Below, piece after piece: positions 1 to 12,205 of a stretch of 64,000 nucleotides of DNA. Numbering within the stretch: position 1 is the stretch's first letter; every line of letters begins with the position of its first letter. The position numbers and the translations under genes were made by a program. The stretch comes from Macrostomum lignano (taxonomy: Eukaryota), in NCBI GenBank assembly GCA_002269645.1, contig NIVC01002665.1:62001-126000 (forward strand), given 5' to 3'. Below the pieces are notes generated by a model. That model was not told the DNA's origin. It did not search any database and was given only the letters and a program-made list of their open reading frames with translations.

Positions 1-1353
1 CCGGAATCGAGGCCTGCGATGACTCCGATGGGGCCTGCGTCAATTCCTCAATGGACTCAAGAAGACTGCAGCGGGACTCGCTGGCCCGCAGGCTGTCCGT
101 GCGGGTGACGCCCCGAGACAGGTTGCCGCCCGACCGCTGTCTGCGCAGTGACTTTGCCGAGCTGTTGCCGCTGGCGATGCCGCTGTCCACGCTTTGCAGG
201 CTGAGCCGCTTCTCCTTGCCGGCCGCCTGCCGGCCGCCACGGCTCTGCAGTTTGTCGGATTCAGTGAAGCACAGCAGGTCGAACACGCCGTTAAGCATCT
301 CGCGCTTCACCTGAGCGTCCGCTGAACAGTCGATATTTAGAGCCGGACTGAAGTTTACTTCCAACAGCCAGGGTTTCAGCGCCGCATCCAGCAAGATGTC
401 AAAGCCGTACAGCTCGTAGCAGTTGCCAGTGGATACGGTGGCCGATTTCGCCTGGGCCATCAGTGCGAGCACAATGATAGCCGTGACGCGCGCAAATATC
501 AGACGGTCATTAACACCTTGACTGTACAGATAGTTTCTTAGATTGCTGAGACTCCATTTGCAGCCCTCGCCGATGCCCATCTTGGCGGAATCGTAGGACG
601 GTCCGCTGACATTGATACTGGTATTGGTGATGTGGCTGTACACGTTACACAGGTTCTTTAGGTCGTACTTCTCTGTACCGAAGCGGACCAGACCCTCTCT
701 GCAGATATAGACTATCAAAGGCTTGAATGAGACCACGACTGCGTAGAGTCGGAGGTCGAACTTGTACCCGCCGATGAGGTACGGGTTGGCAATGTACTCC
801 TGTACGACTGACTTTTCGCTGTATCGCAGCTCGCCGATGTCGTTAAACACGAAGATGCCTCGGCCGCGGCTGAGGTCAGCCGGCTTAAATATCCAATAGT
901 TGGCGGCTTTCTTCTCGCGATTCTCCGCGAACTTCTGCTGAAATTGTCGCTCTTCCCGGGGCATCAGGTACGTGCTGGGCACAAAGTCTATGGTCGCTTT
1001 GCCGAAGGTGCCCTGCAGAATTTTCATCTCTCGATGGAGGCCATCCTTCGTGGTGATCAGCGAGGTGCTCCCCATCTGGTGATGATTCAGCCGCTGCCAG
1101 CTCTGCAGCTTCTCGAAGTCCGAGGCGCGGAAGCGGCCGATCTTCCACCAGAGATTCCAGTCGTTGGGCCCGTGCTCGCTCGGGTCGAACTCCACCCAGT
1201 TGCGATCCTCGCAGACCTCGCGGACAATGTCCGGCACGCCGGCGCCCTCCGTCTGGAATCGGACAATTATGCGGCGCGCCTCGCTCTCCGTCGGCTCGGC
1301 AACAGACTGGTGCAACATCGCGCTAGGACGTCGGCGCCTGGTTGCATCCGAAT
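1..1353 (-). CDS. TTLL2: Tubulin polyglutamylase TTLL2-like; one long exon, 3' end beyond window start
   Basis: Frame open from acceptor cttgctcag (exon starts 1353; ATG 1318) to position 1. TTL motifs WIFKPADLSRGRGIFVF, VVQEYIANPYLIGGYKFDLRLY, REGLVRFGTEKYD, HITNTSIN, GCKWSL, YELYGFDILLDAALKPWLLEVNFSPAL match TTLL2 as recalled. Absent from the ORF track because no stop lies in the window. Confidence 0.88.
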
Positions 1354-2944
1354 CTGAGCAAGGGAAAGAATCCAGCCTGACTTTGGGTTAGCCTGCACTT
1401 GAAGTCAAACTGTTCTGGAACACGGTCCCAGAATGCATACTAAAACATTAAGTGCTTATCTCGTATAACATATCTGATACATTCTTACATTTCTCAGAAA
1501 ATGTGACATTCGAACATTTCTAAGAAACAAAGAGTCCAGTCTATTCACTTCTAGCGGTCCTGGGTTTAAATATCCTGTCAAAATTTTGATGTACATTCTA
1601 ACTTTGTTAATAAAATTTGCGCATTTTTCTTAAACATTTGATTTTTCATTGCGTCTCGTATATTAGAAGTCTTTCAAACTGGAATATTATTATTCCCACA
1701 CAGCCATTGAATAAAATGAGGCTCGGTTGAAGTCTGTGATGCCATTGGAAGTTTTTTTCGCTTGTCTAATCGTCTACTGCAAAAGCTGTTTTCGGAGAGA
1801 TAACAGGTTCCAAACTAATGAAACTCACCTTATGGCTGCTCTTTTCTATAGGCGTTTTTAGATGGCTCAGCTACTGAATTTGGCAGTGTGTACTTCGGCT
1901 AATGTTGCTGTGCGATATGGCAATAATTACTCAACAGACCGCAGTAGCTGAACACAGTTGAGCACAGGCCACTCAGCGAGCAACGTACGATCGAGTCACT
2001 GTGTTGTTTCACTTCCGGTCTGCGCTCGAATCACCGAAGTTACAGGTAATCGCGTTCCAAGCTGAAAAACCTAGGTCGAAATTTCTCACTTCTATGCCCA
2101 GCCTCTGTCCTTCAACACTGCCACAAGCTGGACTTTTATCCGAGTCTACGTGACGCGTCTTCTTACCACCCCTATACTCGTCGCCTCGCTCCAGCCCCTG
2201 CTAGCCAATGACGCAGCTCGGTGCTTCCTGACAGAGAAACAGACAGTGAAGAGGGAATGCAGCTGGTTGGGTGAACAAGCTGAGAGTCTAACACGCACCG
2301 CTCTGTGAGCGAGATCCAGCCAATTGAATCGCAGCTATCTGGTAAGACCAGCTTTTGCAACGACTCCATATGCACTGATTCAATCCTTTAGTCCTCATTC
2401 CTTCTCTCTCTCTCTCTGCTAGCTGAAACTCACAGTGCATTGCATTGGCCTCCGCCCGCAGAGGCTTCATAACAACAGATCTCACATACCTGTCTGTCTA
2501 TATAGGTATGCCATTATAGACTGCAGCACGCAATGCAACGGCGTACGTGCGCTGCACAATCGGACAAGCTCTGTCGCTATGTAGCCGTAAGGACCGAAAC
2601 AGGCTGCGCGGTAGAGAAAGAGACCGGTCTAAACGGTTGAGCATGAGATTTAGCAATATTGCTCTTTGGGTCGACTGGGAGAGAAAAATAGATCGAACGG
2701 CACAGAGATTGTAAAGCGTTTGAGCTGCGGTCTCATGCCCGACTACAGACACATTTAATAGGCACCCTGCTGCAGCGGAATGGAGTGAAGCGCGGAATTA
2801 AAAGGACATTTGGGTGCCCGAGACTCAGTAGCTGTTGAGACTATTAATTACTTTCGGTACTTTTAATTATTCCACACAATGTCTAATAATAATACTAAAT
2901 CGAAATTATTTGAATTGTTGTCCAGTCACCACTGACATCCACAG

Positions 2945-3308
2945 AGGTAGAAGGAATAGACAGGCTGTCCACTGAAGCACCTGGGGATAGAGACAGGCTG
3001 TCCACTGAAGCACCTCAGGATAGAGACTGGCTGCCCACTGAAGCACCTCAGGATAGAGACTGGCTGCCCACTGAAGCACCTCAGGATAGAGACTGGCTGC
3101 CCACTGAAGCACCTCAGGATAAAGACTGGCTGTCCACTGAAGCACCTGGGGATAGACATGGACTGTCCACTGAAGCACGTGGGGATAGACTGGCTGTCCA
3201 CTGAAGCACCTCAGGATAGAGACTGGCTGCCCACTGAAGCACATGGGGATAGAGATGGACTGTCCACTGAAGCACGTGGGGATAGAGACAGGCTGTCCAC
3301 TGAAGCAC
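2945..3308. repeat. 33-bp minisatellite; two degenerate related units at 7961-8030
   Basis: Unit cactgaagcacctcaggatagagactggctgcc, about 11 copies. Confidence 0.95.
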
Positions 3309-4649
3309 TTGGCGTACGAATTATGGCTTATGGCTTTCTTCCGATAAAAATTTAGAAATAGCTTTTTGCTCCAGGCCCATGCAGACATTAATTTGCCGCT
3401 TGCAACCCTGACAGTTCAAGGTGTTATCATTAAAATGCTACTATCATTATCTGTGCTATAGGCAAGCATCCGCACTGTAAGCAATCTTGTGAACTGTGGA
3501 CTCGCCGCAGCTGTCTGCTGCTACGAGTTTGGGTCCAAGTAAATTCGCGCAAGTATGCAGTATTATTTTTGATAAGAGCCTTGACTCTATTCTTAACATT
3601 GATGAGAGTCGCTACTTGTCTTTTTTCCGTTCATTTTTGCTCAATCAGCTATTCAGCTACTTTAGGGTCATAGGTCATCTCTACAGGTTCTTGCAAGGCA
3701 ATTATTGGCTTCTGAGTCATTTAAATTAATTACATGTACGCTCGTACGCTAAGCTTTGACAGTATGCATCTGGAGTATAGAAAATCGATCGTGTGCCAAT
3801 TCTTTCTGTAAAGAAATTGGCATTGTCTAAACAGGCTGACTTCAACACAGTTACATGTGTACACATGTACAAAATGCAAGCCAGGTAGGGGCATGCAAGT
3901 GCAGAGGCTCACGTTTAGAATGAGGGAAAAGAACTCTCTCTGCAGGTGTATAGTTGTAAAATGAAAATTAGGATCATACATGTACACATGTAGCTATAGC
4001 CAAAAAGTAAATAGCCACTGACGAGAGTTCTGGCCCAAGCGCAACTAAAGCTTTGTAGTTATTGGTCCAACATCTGCATGCCTGACCATACCAGCATATA
4101 AAGGCTATGTGTTTAATACTATATTTAATTATTTTCTTAAAACTTTTAAAGCCTTCCCTCGAGAAATTCTGGAATGCTCCTTGTGGGTTGTATAAAAGTG
4201 ATGTCAACTTGGATATATATCCAATTGGAATTGCTCAACCTTCACGTATCTGATACCATAGCTGCCCAACATGCTTAAACGTCTCCTTACTGGTGCCTCT
4301 CTACGAGCGTACTTTTCTGCTTTTCTGTTATTACTTTTCTTTTCTTGGAGACACACTGAGGAGTATCGCAAGCTACATGTATAAAGACCAGGGCGCGTCG
4401 CCACCGGAGGGGAACAGGGATCCAGGGACATGTCCCTCCCAGTAAAACCTGTGGAGCGACATGCGCCAATGTTTTGCCTCCCCCCACCTGCGCCCGCCCC
4501 ACCTTGTGACCCGTTATGGAATTAAGAGTTTTACTTCGGCGCGACAAAATGAGTGCCTGAGGCGCCAAAAATCAGTATTAACAATTCCAATTTCCAAAAT
4601 AACATAGGAATTTTTGTTTTAATGTTTCCACTATCATAATGTCATGCCG

Positions 4650-4960
4650 ACACCTCCTGGCGAGGACTGTCTGAGCGAGCAAGCCTGCCGTGCCTGGGTT
4701 TGCGTGCCGTTCAAGAAGGCTTTGAAGACAAGGAGCGGTCTGGTCGCGCTCCTGAGCTCAATCTTCAGCATCTGGCTTGCTCATTGAAGCACAGCGACAC
4801 GTGAATGGCAGAGTACTTCGATGTCTCTGCCATGACCATTAACCGCGGCCTTCATCAACTCGGCAAAGTTGCCCAATCATCTTGGTCGATGGATTCCGCA
4901 TGAAATTTACCTGCGAACAGGAATCAGCGTATCACCGCATGCACCCTATTCCTGTCCTAA
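4650..4960 (+). mobile_element. Degenerate mariner transposase fragment (HTH region plus WVPHEL linker)
   Basis: Broken frames read GFEDKERSGRAP, MAEYFDVSAMTINRGLHQLGK, LGRWIPHEI, ANRNQRITACTL; frameshifts and stops present. Confidence 0.8.
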
Positions 4961-5845
4961 CACCGCAACCCCCAGGATGGGTTTACACTTACATCATGCA
5001 ACACGTGGCTTTGGCATGGGGGGTTAGTCGGGACTCGGAACCAATACCAAACCTGATCGGCGCCCAAGGATCAGGTCATGTCTGTGTCTGGTAGAATTCC
5101 AGTCGAATAATTGTCCACGAGAACGATCCTGCGTCAACAGTGCAGCATCATTTCCCCGATATCAACTGCGAGCAGCTGGGATTGACATGCATGCAGGCCT
5201 GCAACCACAAGGACCACTAAGGAACACTTCGTTATAAAATACACTTGGTAGGAAATGATATGTCATTGTATATGAGTGTAGGAACGTTTCAATTAAACGT
5301 GGTGGGGCCAGCAGGCTTAGGGGCCAGCAGAATAAGCCTAACATCAAAAGTGGAGACATGTGCCCTATTAAATTTCGGAAAAGCCTGCCTTTAAAAATTT
5401 TCCAGGAAACGAGGTTTTCGGTCCTTCGGTCGTCCTTGCTTATAACGATTTCAGAAATGGAAGCTTCCATCAAAAATTCCGAATAGGAAATTTAGTTTGA
5501 GGTTGGCATATACTTCTAAAGGAATAATTTATTTGAAAGAGTTTAAAATTAAATCAAAGTCATTAAAATTGTTTAATTTTTTAAGATAATTAAATTCAAG
5601 CGTTTTAACGTGAATAATTTGAGCTGTAATAAAATATATGATAGACGAATGAAACTTGGCATACAGAGGCTTGGCATAGGCTTATAAGTATAAAACAAAG
5701 CATTTTAATTCTAAGGAACTTGTACAGGCTCTAAGAACTAGCAGCTGCTTTGCATTTTTGTCCTAGTACACTAAATTCATAAACTAGCATAGACCTAGAC
5801 CCGACCAAAATTGGGGGACAGAGCTCATCGCTATCAGAAACAGAG

Positions 5846-8800
5846 ATGGTAGGTCGGCGAAGACAGAGTGCCAAGAATGCTAAAGGCAAAGCACCTGAAG
5901 TTCCAGCAGAACCCGAAATAGAAGAAGAAACGTAAGTATTTCGTTTTAGAACTTTAACTTTTAGAGCCTATGTTACAGTTCTGTTTTATACTGAAGCTGT
6001 TAAGTAGGCCTATCTATCTACCAGTACCACTTATACGCCTAGAAGCATACTTACTTATTGACTGGGGAGTCAGGACCTAGGGGCCTTAGGCCTTTGTTAC
6101 CATTTCATGCTGGGTTGCAGCCTTGTGGTTAGAGTGTTGGACTCTCAAATTGAAGGTTGGGAGTTTGTTGTTTCCCAATCCTACTGGAACAATTTGTGTC
6201 CTTGAGCAAGACACTTTAATTCTGGATTACTCCAGTTCACTTAAGTCTAATAAAGATATTGAATATATAATTTTGTAATGTTTAGGCCTATAATTAGGGC
6301 CTAGAGGCTAGAAACAACTCATTCTTAGTACATAGGAAAGCAAACATACATACAAACAACTCATTTTTAGTATATGGATTTGACTTCAATTATCTAGTCT
6401 AGTAACTTGCCATACATTTTTTTACAAATGAAAAATTTTGCAAGACAATTAGACCTATATACTAAAAAATACTTCTATAAAAACTTTTTGTAAGCATATA
6501 CTGGTGTATGATCTAGGCCTACTCTTCATTGGAATAATAACAAACAATATAATATTTTTTCTTTTTATTAAAAGGCTTTTGAATTAATAAAATTCAATAA
6601 AAAGAATAAGTTCTAATGTAAAAAGTAGGCATTCCTTTGTTTTAATCCCTAAGCGGGTCCAGTTTCATATAAATTGTCATTGCAAGTCATTGAAATATAG
6701 GCGCAGCATAGTTATATAAGCATGTAGCTTATATTCACTTATGCCATACAATCATTTAAATAGTAAAATTATATATAAGTGATTGCAAGACAAAATGGAA
6801 CTCACTTTCATCTCAAAAGCATCCCAAAATATAAAACATATGTCCATTTAACTGGGGGATCGTAAGACAAAAATGAGGGAGTGTCTAAAATTGGTTCTCA
6901 GTTTTCATTGCCCTTAATGTAACTTTTTTGTCTTCTATGGGGGATTGTATAAAGAAAATCCCAACTCCCATAGAGACAGTGCTATGTGATCATAAAATGA
7001 AAGAATACCAAAAAGTCATTTGAAAATTACATTAGTGTAGGTTTAGCCAATTTAGTAATAGTAATCTATTATTCAATTCTTAACTCTGTTCTAATTATAG
7101 ATCCAAGTATTCAAATTTAGAATCTAATCCAAAAAATGTCTTAGTTTTTTAGAAATATGAATGTTTTGTATTTGACAATTTTATTTTCTGAATATTTCCA
7201 AATATGCTTGTGAATATGAAAAAACAAGAAATCTAAAAAAAATCTAATATAAATAAAAACTTTTGAAATAATAAAGTGTATTAAAAAATAAAAATGTAAC
7301 ATTTTAAGTCATATTGTTTTTTTTGCAGTAACATTTAAATAAAGTTATATCAAATAAAGTTACTAAACTTTAGGACCTTTGAGGTTTTGAACCTAAAGTC
7401 TCAAAAACATTTTGGCAATCATTGCTTAAATATAATCATTTGTTGGTTTTTTTTCAAAATACAAATGTATAGACTTACAGTAAAGTACTAAAATTGCACA
7501 AATGCAACATTAGCATTAGTAATTAGAATTAAAGTGTCATAGTTATTCCTGTCATTTACCTTCTACTTTTTGCTTACTTCCAGAAGCACATTTGGATATT
7601 TAGATTTGGATTCAGAATTTTTTTTACATTTGGATTTGGTTTCAGAAACTTGCAAAAATCCACATTTTGTCCATCACTAATCTGTTCCAACTTTTATATT
7701 TAAATTTATTTGAAATTTGATAAAATATTAAATTTTTATTGGGTTTAGGCCTCCTTAGTCAAAAAAAGTATATATATTATGAAGGTCTTAGCTATATTTT
7801 GCTTTATTATTAGAATTGTTTTTATATAAAAGTAATAGAGAAAAAAGCTAAGGAATGACACATTGGACGTGGAAGTCATTAAGTACAAAATTTATGTACA
7901 AAATATATTTGTAAAAAATTTTTTGGGCAAAAATGATCATAGTGTTAAATACCAGATGACAGATGGACTGTCCGCTGAAACACCTGGGGGGCAGAGACAG
8001 GCTGTCCACTGAAGCACCTGAGTGATAGACATAGAGCTAAAGATAGGTAGGATTAGGATAAGATCCTAGCTTTGAAAACTCGTGTTCCATCTTTATTACA
8101 ACATTGAATATTAGTATGTCAAACCTTTAAAATTCTCACAGGTACTTCTTAAATCCTGATGCTGTCAGTCCCCATTTGTACTGCTGCATCTGTCAAGAGG
8201 TATTCAAAGAGCCATGGCGCGCCCCATGTGGCCACAGCTTCTGCAAGCGCTGCATATTCGATTGGCTACAGAAGAATGCCATCTGTCCGAGCGATCGCAA
8301 GCCAGTAACAGTGGGCCAACTGCACCACGACTTCCTTGTGCAAAATATTATAGACGACTATATTGTGGCTTGTCCTTGGCGCGCCCTCGGCTGCAACAAT
8401 GTCGGACCATTGCACCAATTAAAGGAGCACAAAAAGATTTGCCCGCTAAATCCTAACACCATGCCCAAGGTGCTGCAGGATTACAGCGTTCAGATGCTCA
8501 GTTCTGCTCAGGAGGAATTGCAGCGCAAGCAGGTGCGTTGGCTGTTGATAAACGACACCTATTGTTAGACAGTACCCGTATGATACTCAAATTAGGCAAC
8601 TAGTAAGTTGCCAGATCCTTAAACTATATTATAGAGATCAAAACTAGTTATTCGAGATTGCCTACTGAAGAGTAGCAAGCAAAGAATGTGTAAGCGAATC
8701 GCTTGTAGCGTAATGACATGTAGAAGCTCACCTCGCACTGGTTCCCTGACCGGGAGTCGAACCCGGGCCGGCCAGAGGTGAGAGCAAGGAATCCTAGCCA

Positions 8801-9358
8801 AAAAAGATTGGAAATATTAAAAATAGCAAGTCATCAATAATGGATTTATGACAGGTGCAGCGCACAATGGCCGCCGTAGCCACTAGCAGACAGTCTGCGC
8901 CATCCGTGCTGCCCTCGCGCCAGAGTAGCGGCGGTGGCGCCTGCGTCAGCAGCAGCAGCGGCGCCAGCAGCAGCTTATTCGAACAGCTACTATCCGAGGA
9001 GCTTCAACGCGACAACGATGATGCTAAAGAGGATAACGGAGAGTCGAGCGAGGCAGCCACCACCACCGCTGTTGCTAACGCCGCCTCCACCGTGCCAAAG
9101 TCTGACACGGCCGCTGCTGGGCCAGACGATTCTTCTTTTGACGACGATGACGCGAATTTGCCAGGCGGCCAGCTACCCTCGCTTCGGATGCGGCTGTATG
9201 TGAACAGCCAGGCTGAGGGTCGCAATGAGTACGTGAATTTTCTAGAGAATTTAACTACTAGGCCGCAGCTGCTGCAGGTGCCGGAATCGATTAGCCGCTA
9301 CTGCTGTGAGCAGTCGCAGCCGCCGGACAGCAAGCGGCCTAGGCTGGGCGACGACTGA
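5846..9358 (+). CDS. RING (C3HC3D) plus TRAF-type zinc finger E3 ligase, RNF41/RNF151-like, ~326 aa
   Basis: Exons 5846-5931, 8142-8532, 8855-9358 with GT-AG and matching phases (2,0). RING CCICQEVF..PCGHSFCKRC..ICPSDR; TRAF finger CPWRALGC..HKKICP; low-complexity middle and a novel C-terminus. Confidence 0.85.
6111..6245 (+). mobile_element. Degenerate tRNA-derived CORE-type SINE copy
   Basis: Decayed A/B-box head; 31-nt ggaacaatttgtgtccttgagcaagacactt (6186-6216) identical to 31785-31815. Confidence 0.75.
8739..8800 (-). pseudogene. 5'-truncated tRNA-Glu(CTC)-derived fragment with encoded CCA
   Basis: Minus strand TGGCTAGGATTCCTTG-CTCTCAC-CTCTGGCCGGCCCGGGTTCGACTCCCGGTCAGGGAA-CCA; 5' acceptor strand missing, anticodon stem unpaired. 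Confidence 0.75.
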
Positions 9359-9436
9359 TGCATGATATATATACAGCTAATGCTTGGGACTTGGAGCCAG
9401 ACTGACTAAGCTCTTTGAACTGTTTGCCAATTAGCA

Positions 9437-9558
9437 TTGACCTGGCAAAACTCCGGCCCCGCGAAGCCTCTGTATTCGGCCCTTTCGGGTCCTTTATTCC
9501 CAGTCATGCGCTAAATTTTCTATCTGGCCCTTTAGGTAAAGAAGTTTGCCAACCCCAT
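9437..9558. mobile_element. Degenerate hAT-type MITE related to 15807-16211
   Basis: ggcaaaactccggccc ... gtcatgcgct ... gtttgccaacccc share motifs with the intact copy. Confidence 0.55.
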
Positions 9559-10310
9559 ACCTAGCTTGTGCTCCAATCCCTTTTATTTAAGCTAATTTTC
9601 AAACAGATGTTGTGAGGTAAACAGCAGGAGTAACTTCTAAGTTACAGAAATGCCTCGTCATCTAACCAATGCGCTTTAAAAAAAACCCGACTTAGTCTGC
9701 TAAGAACCCCCTTATTAACTCGTGTTGGTTTATTTTTTACCACCCCTTCCCATTATTATAATTGATTTTGCATTGTTTATTTTATTATTATTTAGGCTCG
9801 TTAGTTTGCTCGCGATAGTTTGTCGCTTCTGTGTCTGTCTGCTTCAATTTGTTTGTATGTGCACATTGTTTATCAATTTTATTATATTATACAAATAGTA
9901 ACACAAACTAGCACCTGATGTAATTACGAGTACTATTTTGTTAATCTGGATAGTTTACAACTTGCGGTACGGGAATGGAGCAGGCATAGTCCGCATTTAT
10001 GAACTATGAAAACTAATAATAATATTTTGTATTCCATCGATAATTACTGTATATGTTGGCGATTATTTCTCTTTAATTTCTGTTGCATTTGTACTAGTAT
10101 TATTTCGTATATTTAAGTAGGCTATAATTCATCTGAAACAATATATAATTCAAAATTAATGCTTTATCGCGCATGCTTGCTGTAAAGTATGGCTCTGTGT
10201 TATTTATTTATTTATGTTTCCTATAAATAATTGAGCTGAGCAGATGTTACAGAACTGTCTTAATGTTTAACTGCTCAATATAATGAGTTAAAAGTACTGT
10301 TCCGCTGAAG

Positions 10311-10683
10311 GGTAGATATGGGCTAGCTCTGGTGCACTATGGGTAGATAGGGGCTAGCTCTGGTGCACTATGGGTAGATAGGGGCTAGCTCTGGTGCACT
10401 ATGGGTAGATGGGCTAGCTCTGGTGCACTATGGGTAGATAGAGGCTAGCTCTGGTGCACTATGGGTAGAGGGGCTAGCTCTGGTGCACTATGGTAGAGGG
10501 GCTAGCTCTGGTGCACTATGGGTAGATAGGGGCTAGCTCTGGTGCACTATGGGTAGATAGGGGCTAGCTCTGGTGCACTATGGGTAGATAGGGGCTAGCT
10601 CTGGTGCACTATGGGTAGATAGGGGCTAGCTCTGGTGCACTATGGGTAGATAGGGGCTAGCTCTGGTGCACTATGGGTAGATA
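10311..10683. repeat. 31-bp minisatellite directly upstream of KCMF1
   Basis: Unit ggggctagctctggtgcactatgggtagata, about 12 copies. Confidence 0.95.
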
Positions 10684-10759
10684 CCCTGACCGAAAACCTG
10701 TCAATAGCCAAATCGACCCATCGTCTACAAATATCGATTGCCCTCAGGCTGGCCGGCGG

Positions 10760-12205
10760 ATGTCCCGACACGACGGCGTCAGCTGCGATGGCTGCGACCA
10801 GCAAGCCTTCCGCGGCCGGCGCTACAAATGCCTCCGCTGTTTCGATTTCGATCTGTGCGGCCCCTGCTATGATTCGAGAAATTTCTGCGCCGAGGAACAA
10901 TTCGCCCCGATGGAGGCGGACATCATGGCCGCTGGAGGAGCGATTCAGCACAGGGCCGAGCACCCGATGCAGTGCATTCTGACTCGCGCCGATATGCTGC
11001 TGTACTTTGGCGGCGAGTCCGGCTCAGCTGCCGATACTGGGGCAGTGGCTTTCACCTGTCCTTACTGCGGCAACCTGGGCTACTCGCAGTCAGACCTGGC
11101 CGAACACGTGGCCGGGGAGCACGCCGATGCGTCGTCTGGACACCAGCAACATCAGCAGGTCATCTGTCCAGTGTGCGCCGCGTGTCCGAGCGGGGCACCG
11201 AATCATCAGACCAGGAATCTGGCACATCACCTGCAGCTTGATCACGTGCGCGTGAGCCATTGTTCTCTCTCAGTTGACCTTATTCTTTACCCATCCATTC
11301 TCAATGGACCATCTGTGTGTTGGCGCTCATCGCATTTTTAGGGCGCCCTCGGCCCGGACGACTCGTCGCTTTTGTCTACCGCCGGCCTGCGCAGCAACCG
11401 AGACGCATCTAGACGCGGCTTGCCCAGCCTAAGCCGGGTGTCCTGCGTGCCAGTCAGGTCTGGCGCTGGTCGAGGGCGCGGTCTGGGCTCGGCATCCGCT
11501 GTTTTGGCTGCCGCAGCTGGCGGGGGCGGAGGCGGTGGCGAAGGCGGAGGCGGAGGCGGAGGAGCCAGCGGGTTCATCGAACGGCTGGCCTGGCCGTTGG
11601 CCGGCGATCCAATCGCGGAGCTGCTTAGCCAGCTGAGCTCCGTGCGCGGCCGGCCGTCTGCCGCCGCTGCTGCCGTGTCATCTCAGCTGGCCCAGCTGGA
11701 AATGCAACTGCATAGCACTCGGGCCCAGCTGGAGCGCCTGCCGACGCAAAGCAGCGGCGGCGGCGTACGCGGCGGTCGAAGCGCCGGTGGCGGCGTCTCG
11801 CTGAGCAACATAGCGGCGGCCAGCAGTCGCGCCGTTCCTTTCGCCGTTTATGCTGGCAACTCGGCAGCTCAGCAGCAGCAAACCTCTCGATCTAGCGGCT
11901 CGTCTGGCCTTCGAATTAAATCTGCCGCTTCGGTTCCGCTTAGCGAGCAGCAGCAGGTGTCTGGAGACGCTAGCCGTTCCGTGCAAGCAGCGGCCGCTCC
12001 TGCTAAGACTGTTCCAGCCGTTATAGGGGAGCAGCAACCGCTGTTCAAGGATAAATATCCCCTACTGTGCGGCCTGGTAGCGGCTGCCGAGGCCGAGACC
12101 AGCAGGGAGCAGGTGGACTCCAAGCGCCAGGAATTGGCGGCTGAAAGGGCAGCCGGAGTGGCCGCCCAACTGCTGCTGAGCCTGTTTGCCGATGCCCACT
12201 GCTAG
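10760..12205 (+). CDS. KCMF1: E3 ubiquitin ligase KCMF1 (ZZ, C2H2, Di19-type fingers), ~451 aa
   Basis: Exons 10760-11251 and 11342-12205, phase 0. MSRHDGVSCDGC..FRGRRYKCLRC, HPMQCILTR, FTCPYCG, VICPVCAA and DPIAELLSQLS match KCMF1. Confidence 0.95.

Noticed and set aside
4388-4570. GC-rich MITE-like end (cagggcgcgtcgcc) and other short inverted repeats at 5270-5480 and 7030-7680
   Set aside because: Could not pair termini or find target duplications by eye
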